Assembly: GCA_951406725.2 (NCBI GenBank) | Contig: OX597826.1 | Location: forward strand, 2,604,001 to 2,668,000 | Source: Octopus vulgaris | Taxonomy: Eukaryota | Length of the DNA: 64,000 nt | Reading direction: 5' to 3' | Part shown: positions 14,728 to 26,766 of the stretch, piece by piece | Numbering within the stretch: position 1 is the first letter of the stretch | How the letters are laid out: each line of letters starts with the position of its first letter | Notes under the pieces: generated by a model | What the model saw: the letters and a program-made list of their open reading frames with translations, nothing else | The model's database searches: none | What the model was told of the DNA's origin: nothing | Position numbers and translations under genes: made by a program

Positions 14728-14731
14728 TATA

Positions 14732-14979
14732 AAATAATAATAAATGCGCTCTTTTAAAGCCTAGCCAGGCTCATGGGTCTGCTTTCCCGGTTTCAATGGC
14801 CTATGTGTTCCTCAGCTGTCCATCGCAGCGTTACTCATTTTTACCAGCTGAGTGGACTGGAGCAACGTGAAATGAAGTGTTTTGCTCAAGAACACAAAGC
14901 GTCGCCCGGTCCAGGAATCGAAACCACAATCTTACGATCATGGTACCAACACCCTAACCACTAAGCCACGCACCTCCAC
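14732..14979 (-). mobile_element. SINE family B (tail type 2), full length with TSD
   Basis: 13-bp TSD AGAAAAGAATATA at 14719-14731 and 14980-14992; A and B boxes on minus strand. Confidence 0.92.
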
Positions 14980-15000
14980 AGAAAAGAATATACAAGCTTG

Positions 15001-15248
15001 TTAAACAGTGAGTGGTTTGTTAAGTACAATGTAGTTCTGCTGTCTTGTTTTGTTAAAAGATGTTATAATCACTTGAGTTAAGACACGCAACTGCATCCGT
15101 TGATGATGGTCCAGCACAAGATTTCTGCTCCCCACGTAAGGATAAAATAGGCTCTGTCTGGCAAGGAATCGAATGACACAGGGGAGGCTTAATAAACTGA
15201 TATCATGTAATGGTATTATTTGGAATGGGTTTCCATCAATATCAACGC
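15001..15248 (-). CDS. Candidate terminal coding exon of a host gene (weak resemblance to CABIT-domain C-terminal half)
   Basis: Long pyrimidine tract then TTTTCTCATAG|GC acceptor; only one frame open, 81 codons VDIDGNPFQIIPL...LPCVIRF...KPLTV then TAA; non-repetitive sequence. Confidence 0.4.
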
Positions 15249-16344
15249 CTATGAGAAAAGAGAAATAAGGAGAGAGAGAATGAGAGAGGGAAAAACAGAG
15301 AGAGAAGAGAAACAGAGTGAGAGAGAGAGAGTAACAGAGACATACAGTTTGACAGAGAGTTTGACAGACAGGGAAAGAAAAAGAGTAAGTCCTCAATAGG
15401 TCGATGTAAAGTTTATGACTATATTTTATGTCGTGTGTTACTTATTTTGCATAATCTTAAGAAGGAACTAAAGCAGCCATGCTATTAAGCATTTAAGTGT
15501 GAGGTGGAACACATGTATCCTCTTGACAGGAAATTATAATCAACTAAATTATCATTTACTGCGTTCCTGCAGCTAGTTACAGACATACTACGATACAACA
15601 TTCTAAAATATTACTCTTCTAATTTAAAAAAAAAATCCTGAGTCTGACACAGTAAAACAGTCAAATTCCTCTCCTTTGCACCTTCGTACTGTTACTCTCT
15701 TTAAATTAGAAGCACCTTGACATCCCGCAGCAGACTGATATTTAGCTTTCTCAATCAACTTACGTCCCTTTCACAGCAAATTTACTATCAAGGTAACCAG
15801 CAGTGCACTCTTCTACATAGATTCTTTGTTTTAATGTTCAGGACCTATAAAATTCTACCCAACATTTGTAGATCCTTTTCCTGCATTAGGTCTATCTCTC
15901 AGTCACATTTGTTTTTTTGCTTTCCTCGCTGCATCAAAATTACATCCTACATTTTCTTCTCCATTTCATTTAAATGTTGTACAATCAAGATAATACGTCA
16001 AGCACATCTATAATCCCTGTCACGCTTTCCGATATATTTTGAACATTCACTGGTCTGTAAACATTCTTTTACAACGAAATGCTGAAGGAGTTCACATATT
16101 TCACAAGAACTGGCTTATCTTGATGGGACGGACACCTTGCGAAAGACAATAGTAAATGCATGCCAATGCAACATATACTCTCACACATACATACGAACAT
16201 ACATACATAATATATACATACATACATGCATACATACATACATATATGCATACATACATGCATATTTTTTCGTTGTAGTTTCAGCTCATAGCTGCGGCTA
16301 TGCTGATGTACCGGCGTTATATATACATATATGCATACATACAT

Positions 16345-16660
16345 GAGACCCTCTTCAGTCGCGATACAGACCATGGGATTGCACCTAGAAATTTACCCTC
16401 CCAGGCACAAGTCCAGGGAAGGTTGTTTATGGGAGACCAGCAGTCACCCATACATACCAGCCTCCCCTCTCCACACCACTGATGTTATCCAAGGGAAAGA
16501 CAAAGGCCGATACAGCTTGGCACCTATGATGTCGCAACTCATTTCTACAGCTGAGTGAACTGGAGCAACGCGAAATATAGTTTCTTGTTCAAGAACACAA
16601 CACGTAACCCGGTCCGGAATTCGAACTCACAAGCTCTAACCACTGAGCCATGCGCCTTCA
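16345..16660 (-). mobile_element. SINE family B (tail type 1)
   Basis: Reverse complement aligns with 10489-10802. Confidence 0.9.
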
Positions 16661-17288
16661 CACATACATACATATATGGTTATTTAATGCGGAACTTACT
16701 GCTCTTGTGCCCTGGTTAAAATCCTCATTTGTATTATCATAATAGGTGCATTAGGTTATGTAACTACAAATTTTCAAAATTTATTTTTAAATACAAGGTT
16801 TTTCGAGAAAAAAACTGAATCTGATTCTACGAATTGAATTTATTAGTGGTGCTGTGAATATTTGTAAGACATTCCAAAGATTCCACATTGAGGCTTTCAG
16901 GTGACTAGATGTTCACACCCAAGTGTGTGCATCAACAGCTGAAACACCGGAAACTCTCTTAAATCCGAAAGGCTTCTGAATAGTTAGCAACCGGTTTGAA
17001 CTCCCTTAAGAGTTCAAGGCAGTTGCTAGCAAAAGAACAAGACTTTCTGAGTTAAAAGCGACATACATATATTTGAAACTGACCATTTGTGAATGAAAAG
17101 CCTGAACAGCATTATACTTGGTGTCTGGCAAATCGAATCTGTACAGATGTAGCATAATAGTGGTGAAGAGAGCAAGCAAAATCTGTAATATAGTCAAATG
17201 ACTGGAGTGAAAATACTATAGTTATTGCTTTTATTAACTGATAATGTATGAAAGACGATAAAACATTAAATAATTTCCTTATGAACAA

Positions 17289-17428
17289 TTGCAGCGTGGA
17301 AAGTGTTTGTAAGCCATTTAAGAAACACACAAAAGCCGTTCGATTCACTTCAACATTTAAGTTTAATTTGTCAAAATATTTTCGTCGCTTTGAGACCGCG
17401 ACCTGTTCACTGACAAAAATCCGTGCTG
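17289..17428 (-). mobile_element. ~140-bp dispersed repeat carrying a variant hammerhead (copy 1)
   Basis: Near-identical inverted copy at 62418-62559. Confidence 0.9.
17367..17417 (-). ncRNA. Minimal hammerhead ribozyme fold with G3-C8 core
   Basis: UUUGUCA-GUGAACA-G-GUCGC(GGUCUCAAA)GCGAC-GAAA-AUAU-UU-UGACAAA. Confidence 0.7.
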
Positions 17429-17530
17429 GATTTATAGATAATATACAACACTGTATCAAGGAAGCCAGATTTGGAAATGCATTATCGTTTCATTCATCTG
17501 ACAGATTTTTTACGCTTAGTAATGTTTTCT

Positions 17531-17989
17531 TATTTCGTTATTGCCCACAAGGAGCTAACATAGAGGGGACAAATAAGGACAGACATAGGTATTCAGTCGA
17601 TTACATCGATCCCAGTGCATAACTGGTACTTAAATTCTCGACCCCGAAAGAATGAAAGGCAACGTCGACCTTGGCGAAATTTGAATTCAGAACGCAGTGG
17701 CGGACGAAGGGCGCAAAGCATTTCGCCCGTCGTGCTAACGTTTCTTATTTCTTTATTGCCCACAAGAGGGTAAACATAGAGGGGACAAACAAGGACGGAC
17801 AAAGGGATTAAGTCGATTACATCGACTCCAGTGCATAACTGGTACTTAATTTATCGAACCCGAAAGGATGAAAGGCACAGTCGATCTCGGCGGAATTTGA
17901 ACTCAGTTCGCAGCGGCGGACGAAATATCCGAAAGCATTTCGCCCGACATGCTAACGTTTCTGCCAGCTCGCCGCCTTTTTCTAAGCTT
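17531..17989 (-). mobile_element. SINE family C tandem dimer with TSD
   Basis: Two ~215-bp units; 17-bp TSD GCTTAG(T/A)AATGTTTTCT at 17514-17530 and 17990-18006. Confidence 0.9.
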
Positions 17990-19180
17990 GCTTAGAAATG
18001 TTTTCTGCTACACGTTTTGTATATTAAGAAAAACGTACAACTGTTCTTTTTGTAAATATATGTTTTGTTTGTGAGTTTGTGCACTTGCGTGTGATTGTAG
18101 TAAATGAATGCGTACGAATTATGTGTGTATCTCAATGTACGTCTGAAGCAACGACTTTAGTATCATGTACGTGGATTTTTATCATTTCTGTAACAAGTAA
18201 AATGCAAACATCACGAAATAGGTAATATAATATATATTATTTTTATAGTCGATCCAATTTAATGATTAAAAATACTTGTAACACTATATCTAACTAAGAG
18301 GAAACAAAAATATATTAAATACAGACAAGGATCTGGGAACAATTTATTGAGAAAACCATTAAGTGTATTACTCTTTAGATTCATGTATTCAATCAGATGA
18401 TTGATTAATCCCTAGCCGCGAGGGATTAAAAAATAAAATAGGCTCGTTGCTAGTGTAGGAAAATGGAAAGAAATAGTTCTGGGATAAATATAACCGAGGA
18501 GATCATAAAACAACTCATGATTTTATAAATAGATGAATATAAGGCAGTGTTGCTTTAGGCTTCGTAATGCTAAGCAACTAACAATTGCATTAGTCTATAT
18601 ACATATTGTAGTGGATTTCTTGCGATACAGGAAAAAATGTCTTTGATGGGATTCTATTTTCTGCTTTTGATATTTCGCTAAATTTTCGGCTAGGTAAGAA
18701 ATGATGAGAGAATTACGAAGTAAAACCTATCATAGATACAGGAAAATGTACGTATATTTTTCCTTGCGGTGATCACCAGAGACTGAAACAATCTGGTTTA
18801 TATATTTTAACGCAGTTTTGACTTAGAATAATGTGTATTCAAATTTCGTTATAGCTGTAATGCGTCTGACAGTGTTTCATTTTCGAAGGCCAATATTTTA
18901 AGCCATAAGAAAAATGAGGATGAAGGACTAAAGTTGAGTCTGCTGTCTTATGAAACAAGTAAGTAAATAGATTATGTCACATATGAGGAATGTGAAATAT
19001 GTAAGCGCAAATTAGGTCATACAGGCGTTCTAAACTTCACTGCATTCAGCGGCGCATCATAGATGTATACATTTTTATTGAAAACAAAACATACGTGTGT
19101 CATGGTTACAATTAAAACTTACGAGACACTTGCAGACGCAACAGCCTCAACAGAGTCAATGCTGGCCGTATGTACTCCAG

Positions 19181-19375
19181 GGAGGCGCGTAAACTAGTGG
19201 TTAGAGTGTTAGACTCATGGTCGTAAGATTATGGTTCCGATTCCTGGACCGGGCCACGCGTTGTTCCTTTTCACTAGCTGGCAAATATGAATACTCTTGC
19301 GGTGGATCCGGCGTCCCGTTGAGGTGGGGAATTTTTATACTCCATGGTAAGACGCGACAAGGAAACTTTACCTTA
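19181..19375 (+). mobile_element. SINE family B, deleted/diverged copy
   Basis: GGAGGCGCGT..AGTGGTTAGAGTGTT..GGTTCCGATTCCTGGACC head. Confidence 0.75.
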
Positions 19376-19953
19376 CCTTTTGGATGTACGCGAGAAAGAA
19401 ACATTCTTATAGTCAGTGAGATTTATATTCGTTGAACGGGTGGAAGGTGCCTAATATATTTCATCTTGCTGTTGTGGGATTTTAGGAGAAAAGTGAATTT
19501 TGAAAGAGGAAGATTTCAACGCTAAATGAAATATAGTGAACTTTTTTACCAAAAATTCCAGTTTCGAGATCCTATTGCTGGTTTGTTCTTTCTAAATTTC
19601 GAATTGCTTTTATGTGGCACAACTATCGATGGCCCAGGAATTACAGTAGAAGTCACTATCCCACATTGCTGTAGATTTAGAATAAAAGCAGACTATAGAT
19701 GCGAAGGCAAATATTTAACCAAACTACTGTGCCTGTTCCTGTAACATGTATACACACACACACACACGCACACGCACGTAGACGTACACAAATGCAGACA
19801 TACACCAACACAACCCGACATACACGGACATACACATGCACGGATAAATCCATTAATACATTGATCGTTAGATGTTCTTATGTATCTGTTTTTTATGATT
19901 AAATTTGATTTTTATCGTGAGAATCGACATAAGCATATGTGAAACAATGACGT

Positions 19954-19993
<40 letters not shown>

Positions 19994-20081
19994 GTGTGTG
20001 TGATTGTGTGTGTGTGGTGTGGTGCGTGTGTGTGTGTGTGCACTGGCGTGCGTGTTTGTGTAAGTACATATATATATATAT

Positions 20082-20125
<44 letters not shown>

Positions 20126-20549
20126 GGTTATGTATGTATAATGTGCGTGTGTACATCGCCTGAGAGAATGAATATTTTGAAAGATAGGATTAATTATAGA
20201 GAAATAAGTATTTGTAGACGTATTATCGTGATAGAAAATAAAGAGAATGTTTACAGGGAATATATTAAAAAGTGAAAGTCGTGTCATCTTGGATATGTAT
20301 AAAATATTCAAATTCAAATAAATATGATGTTTATATTCTTGAGTTAATTAAAGAAATGTATGTGTGTGGCTTATAAACATACGTATATATATATATATAT
20401 ATATATTAATGTAGATTAACATTTATATTTAGATAGATAACAACATATGTACACACACACACACGCACATATATATATATATGTCCGCTTAAGTATTTAT
20501 TAGACACACACATTCACACACTCAGACACACACACATGGATAATATATA

Positions 20550-21726
20550 CAGGCCATCCCATAAATAATGCGGTTTTGTTTATAATTCTTTTATTTTTCA
20601 ATGTTGGGATAAACAAAGTTCTTTTTTAATCTAAAATATACTCTCCTTCATTTTCTTCAATGCTCTTCTATCTGTCTAGTAGATTTGCAAGGCCACTCTT
20701 CCAAAATTCACTTGTCCTGACCTCGTCTACAGAATTCATATCTTTTCCCTCCAAATGATTTTGGAGAAGGCGGAATAAATGATAATCAGATGGAGGAGCA
20801 ATTTCCGGTGAATATGATAGTTGGGATATCGTTTCCGATTCAAAATGCTCCGGCCTTTAAAATATCATCCTCGCTGTACGGTCGTTTTTCTTAACCCGCT
20901 GAAACCGCTCGCAGCAGAACTCCTTCGTTATTGTTTGGTCTGGGTTTAAAAGTTCAAAGTGGAGTAAACCTTTCATATCCCACCAAAAAGATACCAACAC
21001 CTTCCGTGGATGATATCCTTCTTTAGTCTGGGATACCGGACAATCTATTTTCCCTACCCACTGTCTTTGGCGTTCAAGATATTTTATAGAGAACCTATTT
21101 CTCGTCGCTAGTCACAATTCAGTCCGAAAATGTCCATTCGTGAGACGTGACAGCAAAGAAGAGTACACGTTCGCTTTCTGCGCGCGTTTGGACACGGAAA
21201 TTGCGTGAGGAACCCATTGACCCAATTTGTTGACTTTTCCGATGGCATGCAGGTGTCGATGAATGGTTGAATGACCAAATCCGAACTTATCTGATAGTTC
21301 GTCAACAGTAACAATGGTATTTTGTTCCATAGGGTTTCCAGGACGTCCTCGTCGAGCTCTACAGATCTTCCAGTCCGGGGCATACCCTCTAGGCTGTAGT
21401 TTCCAACTTGGAATTCCTGGAATCGCCGTTGACACGGACTTGCGGTTTATGTCCGCTCCCCATTTGCTGCATTAATATTCTTCGTACTTTCCATTGCGTT
21501 TTTGCCTTTATTGAACACCTAAAATATGCCGAATATGTTCACTTCTATTAACCTCGAGAAAATAACTTAACTCTGAACTGTACTCTTCAAAACTTGCACT
21601 ATGAATAAGTACAAAGTAAAATTACCACCTGGTTATATAGCCAGCTGATGCAGCTAATTCATCTCGTACTCCTCCGACGTTTAGTTCATGCAATTGTAAA
21701 ACCGCATTGTTTATGGGATGATCCAA
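20550..21726 (-). mobile_element. Mariner transposon, degenerate, small internal deletion
   Basis: ~28-bp TIRs (CATCCCATAAA.AATGCGGTTTT), TA flanks; transposase remnants GQWVPHAIS, IVTSDEK, WWDMKG, YSPEIAPPSDY. Confidence 0.95.
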
Positions 21727-21738
21727 TAGATACACATG

Positions 21739-21789
<51 letters not shown>

Positions 21790-23592
21790 CGTACTGATTC
21801 TGCCAGCTTACCAATTTAATATATCCGACTTTAGTTTCTAATCTCAAACTTATTGACCAGCGTTCTCCTCCTGATTAGAGATGTGCACAAAATACAAAGA
21901 GAGTCTCACAATTACTACGATAGGCACACGTGCACTAGCTGTAGCTATATTTGTAGGTATGTGACTGTCTATTTATACATTCTTGTTCCCATACATATAT
22001 AGATATTACACACACTCACACACACACACTTAAATATGTAACGTATGCATGTATGCTTATATAGTGTAAGCGACATGGGGATATATAAATTGATTGATAG
22101 ACATGGTTATTTATTGTTATGCAAATGGCGATTCTTGTAAAACCTCATAAATATTCAAGGTTTCGTAATATTATGTAGAAACTTGATTAGGTTGAAACAT
22201 GCTTTGAGCAGGTTATTTTATATGTTTTCCTGCGAGGTGGGTTGAATTTTGATGTCGTAGTGATGTAAATAATGTGATAAGGATTTTAAAAAGAAATTGA
22301 AAATGCTGAAAAATATCTACTGTATGTATTAATAAAGCAGATGTAATGCAAACTGAAAACCGAATCAAACAGTAAACACACTAAGAATTAAAAAAAAAGG
22401 CAATAGACACACCAGCCATTAATGAGAATAATTTAAATACTCGATGTTCCTGTTCATATTTGTGCTGTTTTATTGTTATTAAGAGGATAGGAAAATGTAA
22501 ATGCTTGTATGTAACTAGAAGAGATGTACACATAGATGGCGAATTTGCAAATTCCTCAAAGAATGGGATAGAATGCCTCGCATTCTATGCCTTAACTTTC
22601 GAAATATGAGTTCAAATCGCAAGCAACCAACGTTGCCTTTCATGTTTTTTTCCAAAATCGGAAAACAAAAGAGAGAATAGGCTAGCGTACTGGCTGGCTG
22701 GAAATGTAACATCGTCGGAGAGGATTCCTTGCAGTTTCACTTCGAGTTCTGAGGATAACGTTTAGGATGCCAGTGATACCAAGCTGTATCTGTCACACTT
22801 TTTAATGGGACGTCATTACCCCAGTAGAATAATAGGATTGCGTGTACGCATAATTGCTAGCCAGCCGAAAACATTTCCAAAACTACACTTAGAGAGGAAT
22901 TTACAAATACAGAATTCTACATTTAGTCAGAATTCTCCATTGGTCAATGTGCGCGGTTTCTTCCGTCTTTGTGTTGAAACCCCTGAGAATGATAGACTTT
23001 GCCTTTCATTCTTTCGGGGTCTATAAAATAAATATCAGTTAAGAGATGGGAGATCAATGTAATTTTCTTGACCTCTCGTTTGAAGTTACTGGCATTCTAA
23101 TATTTTTGCATGACCTTTCATCATCCAGGATTGACTAACGAAGTATAACTTAACTAAAATCGATTACACACTTTTTAAATGAGCGATACAATGTTTGTTT
23201 TGACTAATATTTGTTATTTTCATAAATAGCTCTAAAATATTGTTATATATTCTCTTATATACAAACGATATGTTTATATAATTAACTATAAGAAATGTTT
23301 TGTTACCGGACTCGATAAGGAATCGTCATAGCAACATTTACTAGATTAACTCTTCATTCTGAGGATTCCCTCCAGCGTTCGGCAACGATGACGTCTGGTT
23401 CTTGCAACTTCTCCCGACGAATACAATGACTCATTACACGTTCGCACTTGCGATACAAAATGAACGCTGATTGTTTGAAATGGCATCATATTTATGACGT
23501 CATTCAGTTAGAGCTAGACGTTCCATATATGAATGTATGTATGTACGAATGTATGCATGTATGTATGTATATATACATATACATACACAAAA

Positions 23593-23633
<41 letters not shown>

Positions 23634-25849
23634 GGTATATACATGACTGTGTGTATGTATTCATACGTATGATTAATACATCCATAGATACACATGCATA
23701 TGCTCATTTATATATAAGCATATGCACATTATATATATATATTTGTACACACATATATATATACATATATAAATATATATATATTTACATATATGTATAT
23801 ATTTATATATATATGTTTACACACATACATAAACATGTACTTATATATGTGTATATATATACATATATACTTACATATATATGTATATACATATATTTAT
23901 TTATCTATATATATACATAGACGCCCACGTATACATACACATGCCTACACGCACACACACAAACACTCACACATATATATATACGTGCGTGTGAATTCTA
24001 ATTTACTTTTTTCACACTTACCCTTCACATATATTTGAAAATACTATCTTCCTCTTCATCCTTAGTGGCGTTCTCATCAATGAATTATTTCGAGTTAAAT
24101 TTTGCTATATATTTGATGAAATTACCGAAAACTGGAAATAAACGATGGATATTTGTTGGAGCTTTGCTACAAATAATTTAGAAAATGTTGTAAAATAACA
24201 ATAAATTGTAGGAATTAACGACTTGGATGATGACAATCAATATCCCGCAGTCAGTTACAGGCAGGTTACCACGTTCATCGGTTCAAGGTTTGCTCAGTAG
24301 GCCTCTTGCGCATCCGATGTCGAGCCAATTGACATTATATATGATAGAAATCATCGTAATTGTGCAAATTCAAGTGAAACCTACGTTATTTATCATCAGT
24401 AGGGACGCGAAATGGCAGTCTAAATGTAATTTTGTATCACTAATCTTCACAGGTTATAAGTTCAGTGTAACTGCATTTGTAACGATGCCTATGCTTCCAC
24501 GCAAGCTATTTTATTTCAAGTAATTTTTAATTCAACCATCTGTTTGTAATAGGAAGTAGACTCATAACAATATGATAATTTGAAGAATTATTGTCTGGAA
24601 TAAATATTTATGGTTCACCTATGGCACATAATTATAACGAAAATTATGCATACACTGTAATTGCACATGTTTATTAAAATATTCTACGAAAATTTAATGT
24701 CGCTTATTAAAGGCTGGTCGCTCGACTGCGACAAGGTTTCAATTTCCTAATAAAACCCTTCATTCTATTTACTCTACCCCACGGAATATAGAAAAAGGCA
24801 TAAACATGTTTTAGATGCATAAAGCGACCTGGAGAATTGACTGAATAGTTGTAATCTTATTTGCCAATGTATTTTATTCCCAGTTGTATTTATTTCAATG
24901 ATGTTGCTAACGACCTCAGAATGGTTTGAACGTTTCCTTCCTACCATTGACTATCATTTATAAAATTATCTTTTAGGAAATATATATTAATATTTGCTTT
25001 TTAAAAAATGCAAATTTTTATGGTTGGACACCACTGTAGATTATACGTGGTATATTTAATTATGTGATAAAAAATGTAATTGCAATTATTAAAACATTTA
25101 AAATTCCATCGTATATCATATATCATGTTTAATGACCTGACACAATTTTTATACAAGTTATTCATTAAGTAAACGTTATGCATCACAAGTCGAATTTTAT
25201 GATGTCTTGAAATTTATAAAAAAGCAAACAAACAACAACTAATCATTAATTAATGTAAGTAAATTATTATATCATCAAAATGTAGTCAAATTTTAACCAC
25301 AGATTAATCGGCAAAGATTTTGTTTTCTTTCATTTCTCCATATAACGTATTTTATACGAAAGAGTTTTAGCAGTAATGTTTCTTTAAATTTTATAGTAGA
25401 CTTATATGAATACAGCTTTAACTACCACGTAACATATACTTCCGTGAGCTGAGATTCTGAATTTGAAAGTCCCGTATCTCGAGACTCTATACGATGAGAA
25501 TATAGTAAGAGTTATAAACCGGATTCAATTCAAGCTCACTGCCGTCTAAATAGATGGAATTTAGTTGATGCAAATTCAATTCGCTTCCATTAAAACTAAC
25601 GCGGTTATAATCTGTGACTGTAACATTTCCCAATTCACAAAGCCGACATAAGCCTGTTATGCTTGTTAGTGTTTGTTAGTCATATGAAATCATGCAAAAT
25701 GAGAGGACTGATATTTGATATATCTTCTCATTTACGATAAATTTGAAAGTAAATTATAAAGAATCATACTGTTTTAAATAAAGAACTTGTTATCAAGTAC
25801 AGTTAAAAATAACAAGGTAAAGCTTAAAGGTAATAGCAGAGCGAATATA

Positions 25850-26766
25850 TTGGACAATCCCATATATAATGCGGTTCTTTCTTCTTTTATTTTTCAATAT
25901 TAAGATAAACAAAGTTCTTTAATCTAAAATATGCTGTCCGGCATTTTCCACAATGCTCTTCCATCTATCTGGTAGAGGTTCAAAGCCCCTCTTCCAAATT
26001 GCACTTGTCCGTGACGAAACATACTCCTACACACTGTTCTGCCCTGGTCTACAGAATTCACATTTTTTTGTCCAAATGATTTTGAAGAATTCGGAATAAA
26101 GTATATTCAGATGGGGCAATGTCCAGCGAATATGGTGGGTGGCCATCGTTCCCCATTCAAACTGCTCCAGCCTTTGGAATGTCATCCTCACTGTGTGTGA
26201 GCAAGCATTATTCTGATGGAAGAACACCTTTCGTCTTGAAACCAAAGATTGTCATTTTTTCTCTTTTTTCTAGTGCAGGTGTTGATGAATCATCGAAAGA
26301 CCAAATCCAAGCGTCTCTGCTAGTTCCCCAGGAGTTATGATGGGATTCCGTTCCACCAGATTTTGCAGGACGTTCTCGTTCAGCTCAACAGATATTCCAG
26401 GACTGGGTTCATCTTCTAGGCTGTAGTTTCCGGCTCGGAATTTCTGGAAGCACCGTTGACACTGGCTTACGCTTATTGTCCGACCCCACATACTGCATTA
26501 ATTCCTCGCACTTTCCGTTGCGTTGTTGCTTTTATTGAATTCATAAAGCAAACTATGCTGAATATTTTTCTTTGTCACTTTCAGTGTAGCTTTGAAAAAT
26601 AGCTGTTAAAATCGAACTTCACTCTTCAAAATTTGCACTAAGAATAAGTACAAGGTAAAACTGCTACCTGCCTTTATAGCAAGTTGCTGCAGGTAGTTTA
26701 TCCCGTCCCCCAACGACTTTTAGTTCATGCAATTGAAAAAACTGCATTACTTATAGGATGACCGAA
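25850..26766 (-). mobile_element. Mariner transposon, same family, larger internal deletion
   Basis: Same TIRs with TA flanks; CQRCFQKFRAGNYSLEDEPSPG HTH region and VFFHQNNA. Confidence 0.95.

Noticed and set aside
24384-24407. CCTA-CTGATGA..AACG-TAGG on minus strand
   Set aside because: Stem II and GAAA absent; compatible with chance
24227-24523. 98-aa plus-strand ORF in unique sequence
   Set aside because: No motif or exon structure I can support
25440-25655. Possible minus-strand exon with GSELNL/GSELEL repeat
   Set aside because: Weak acceptor; stop codon before the nearest donor
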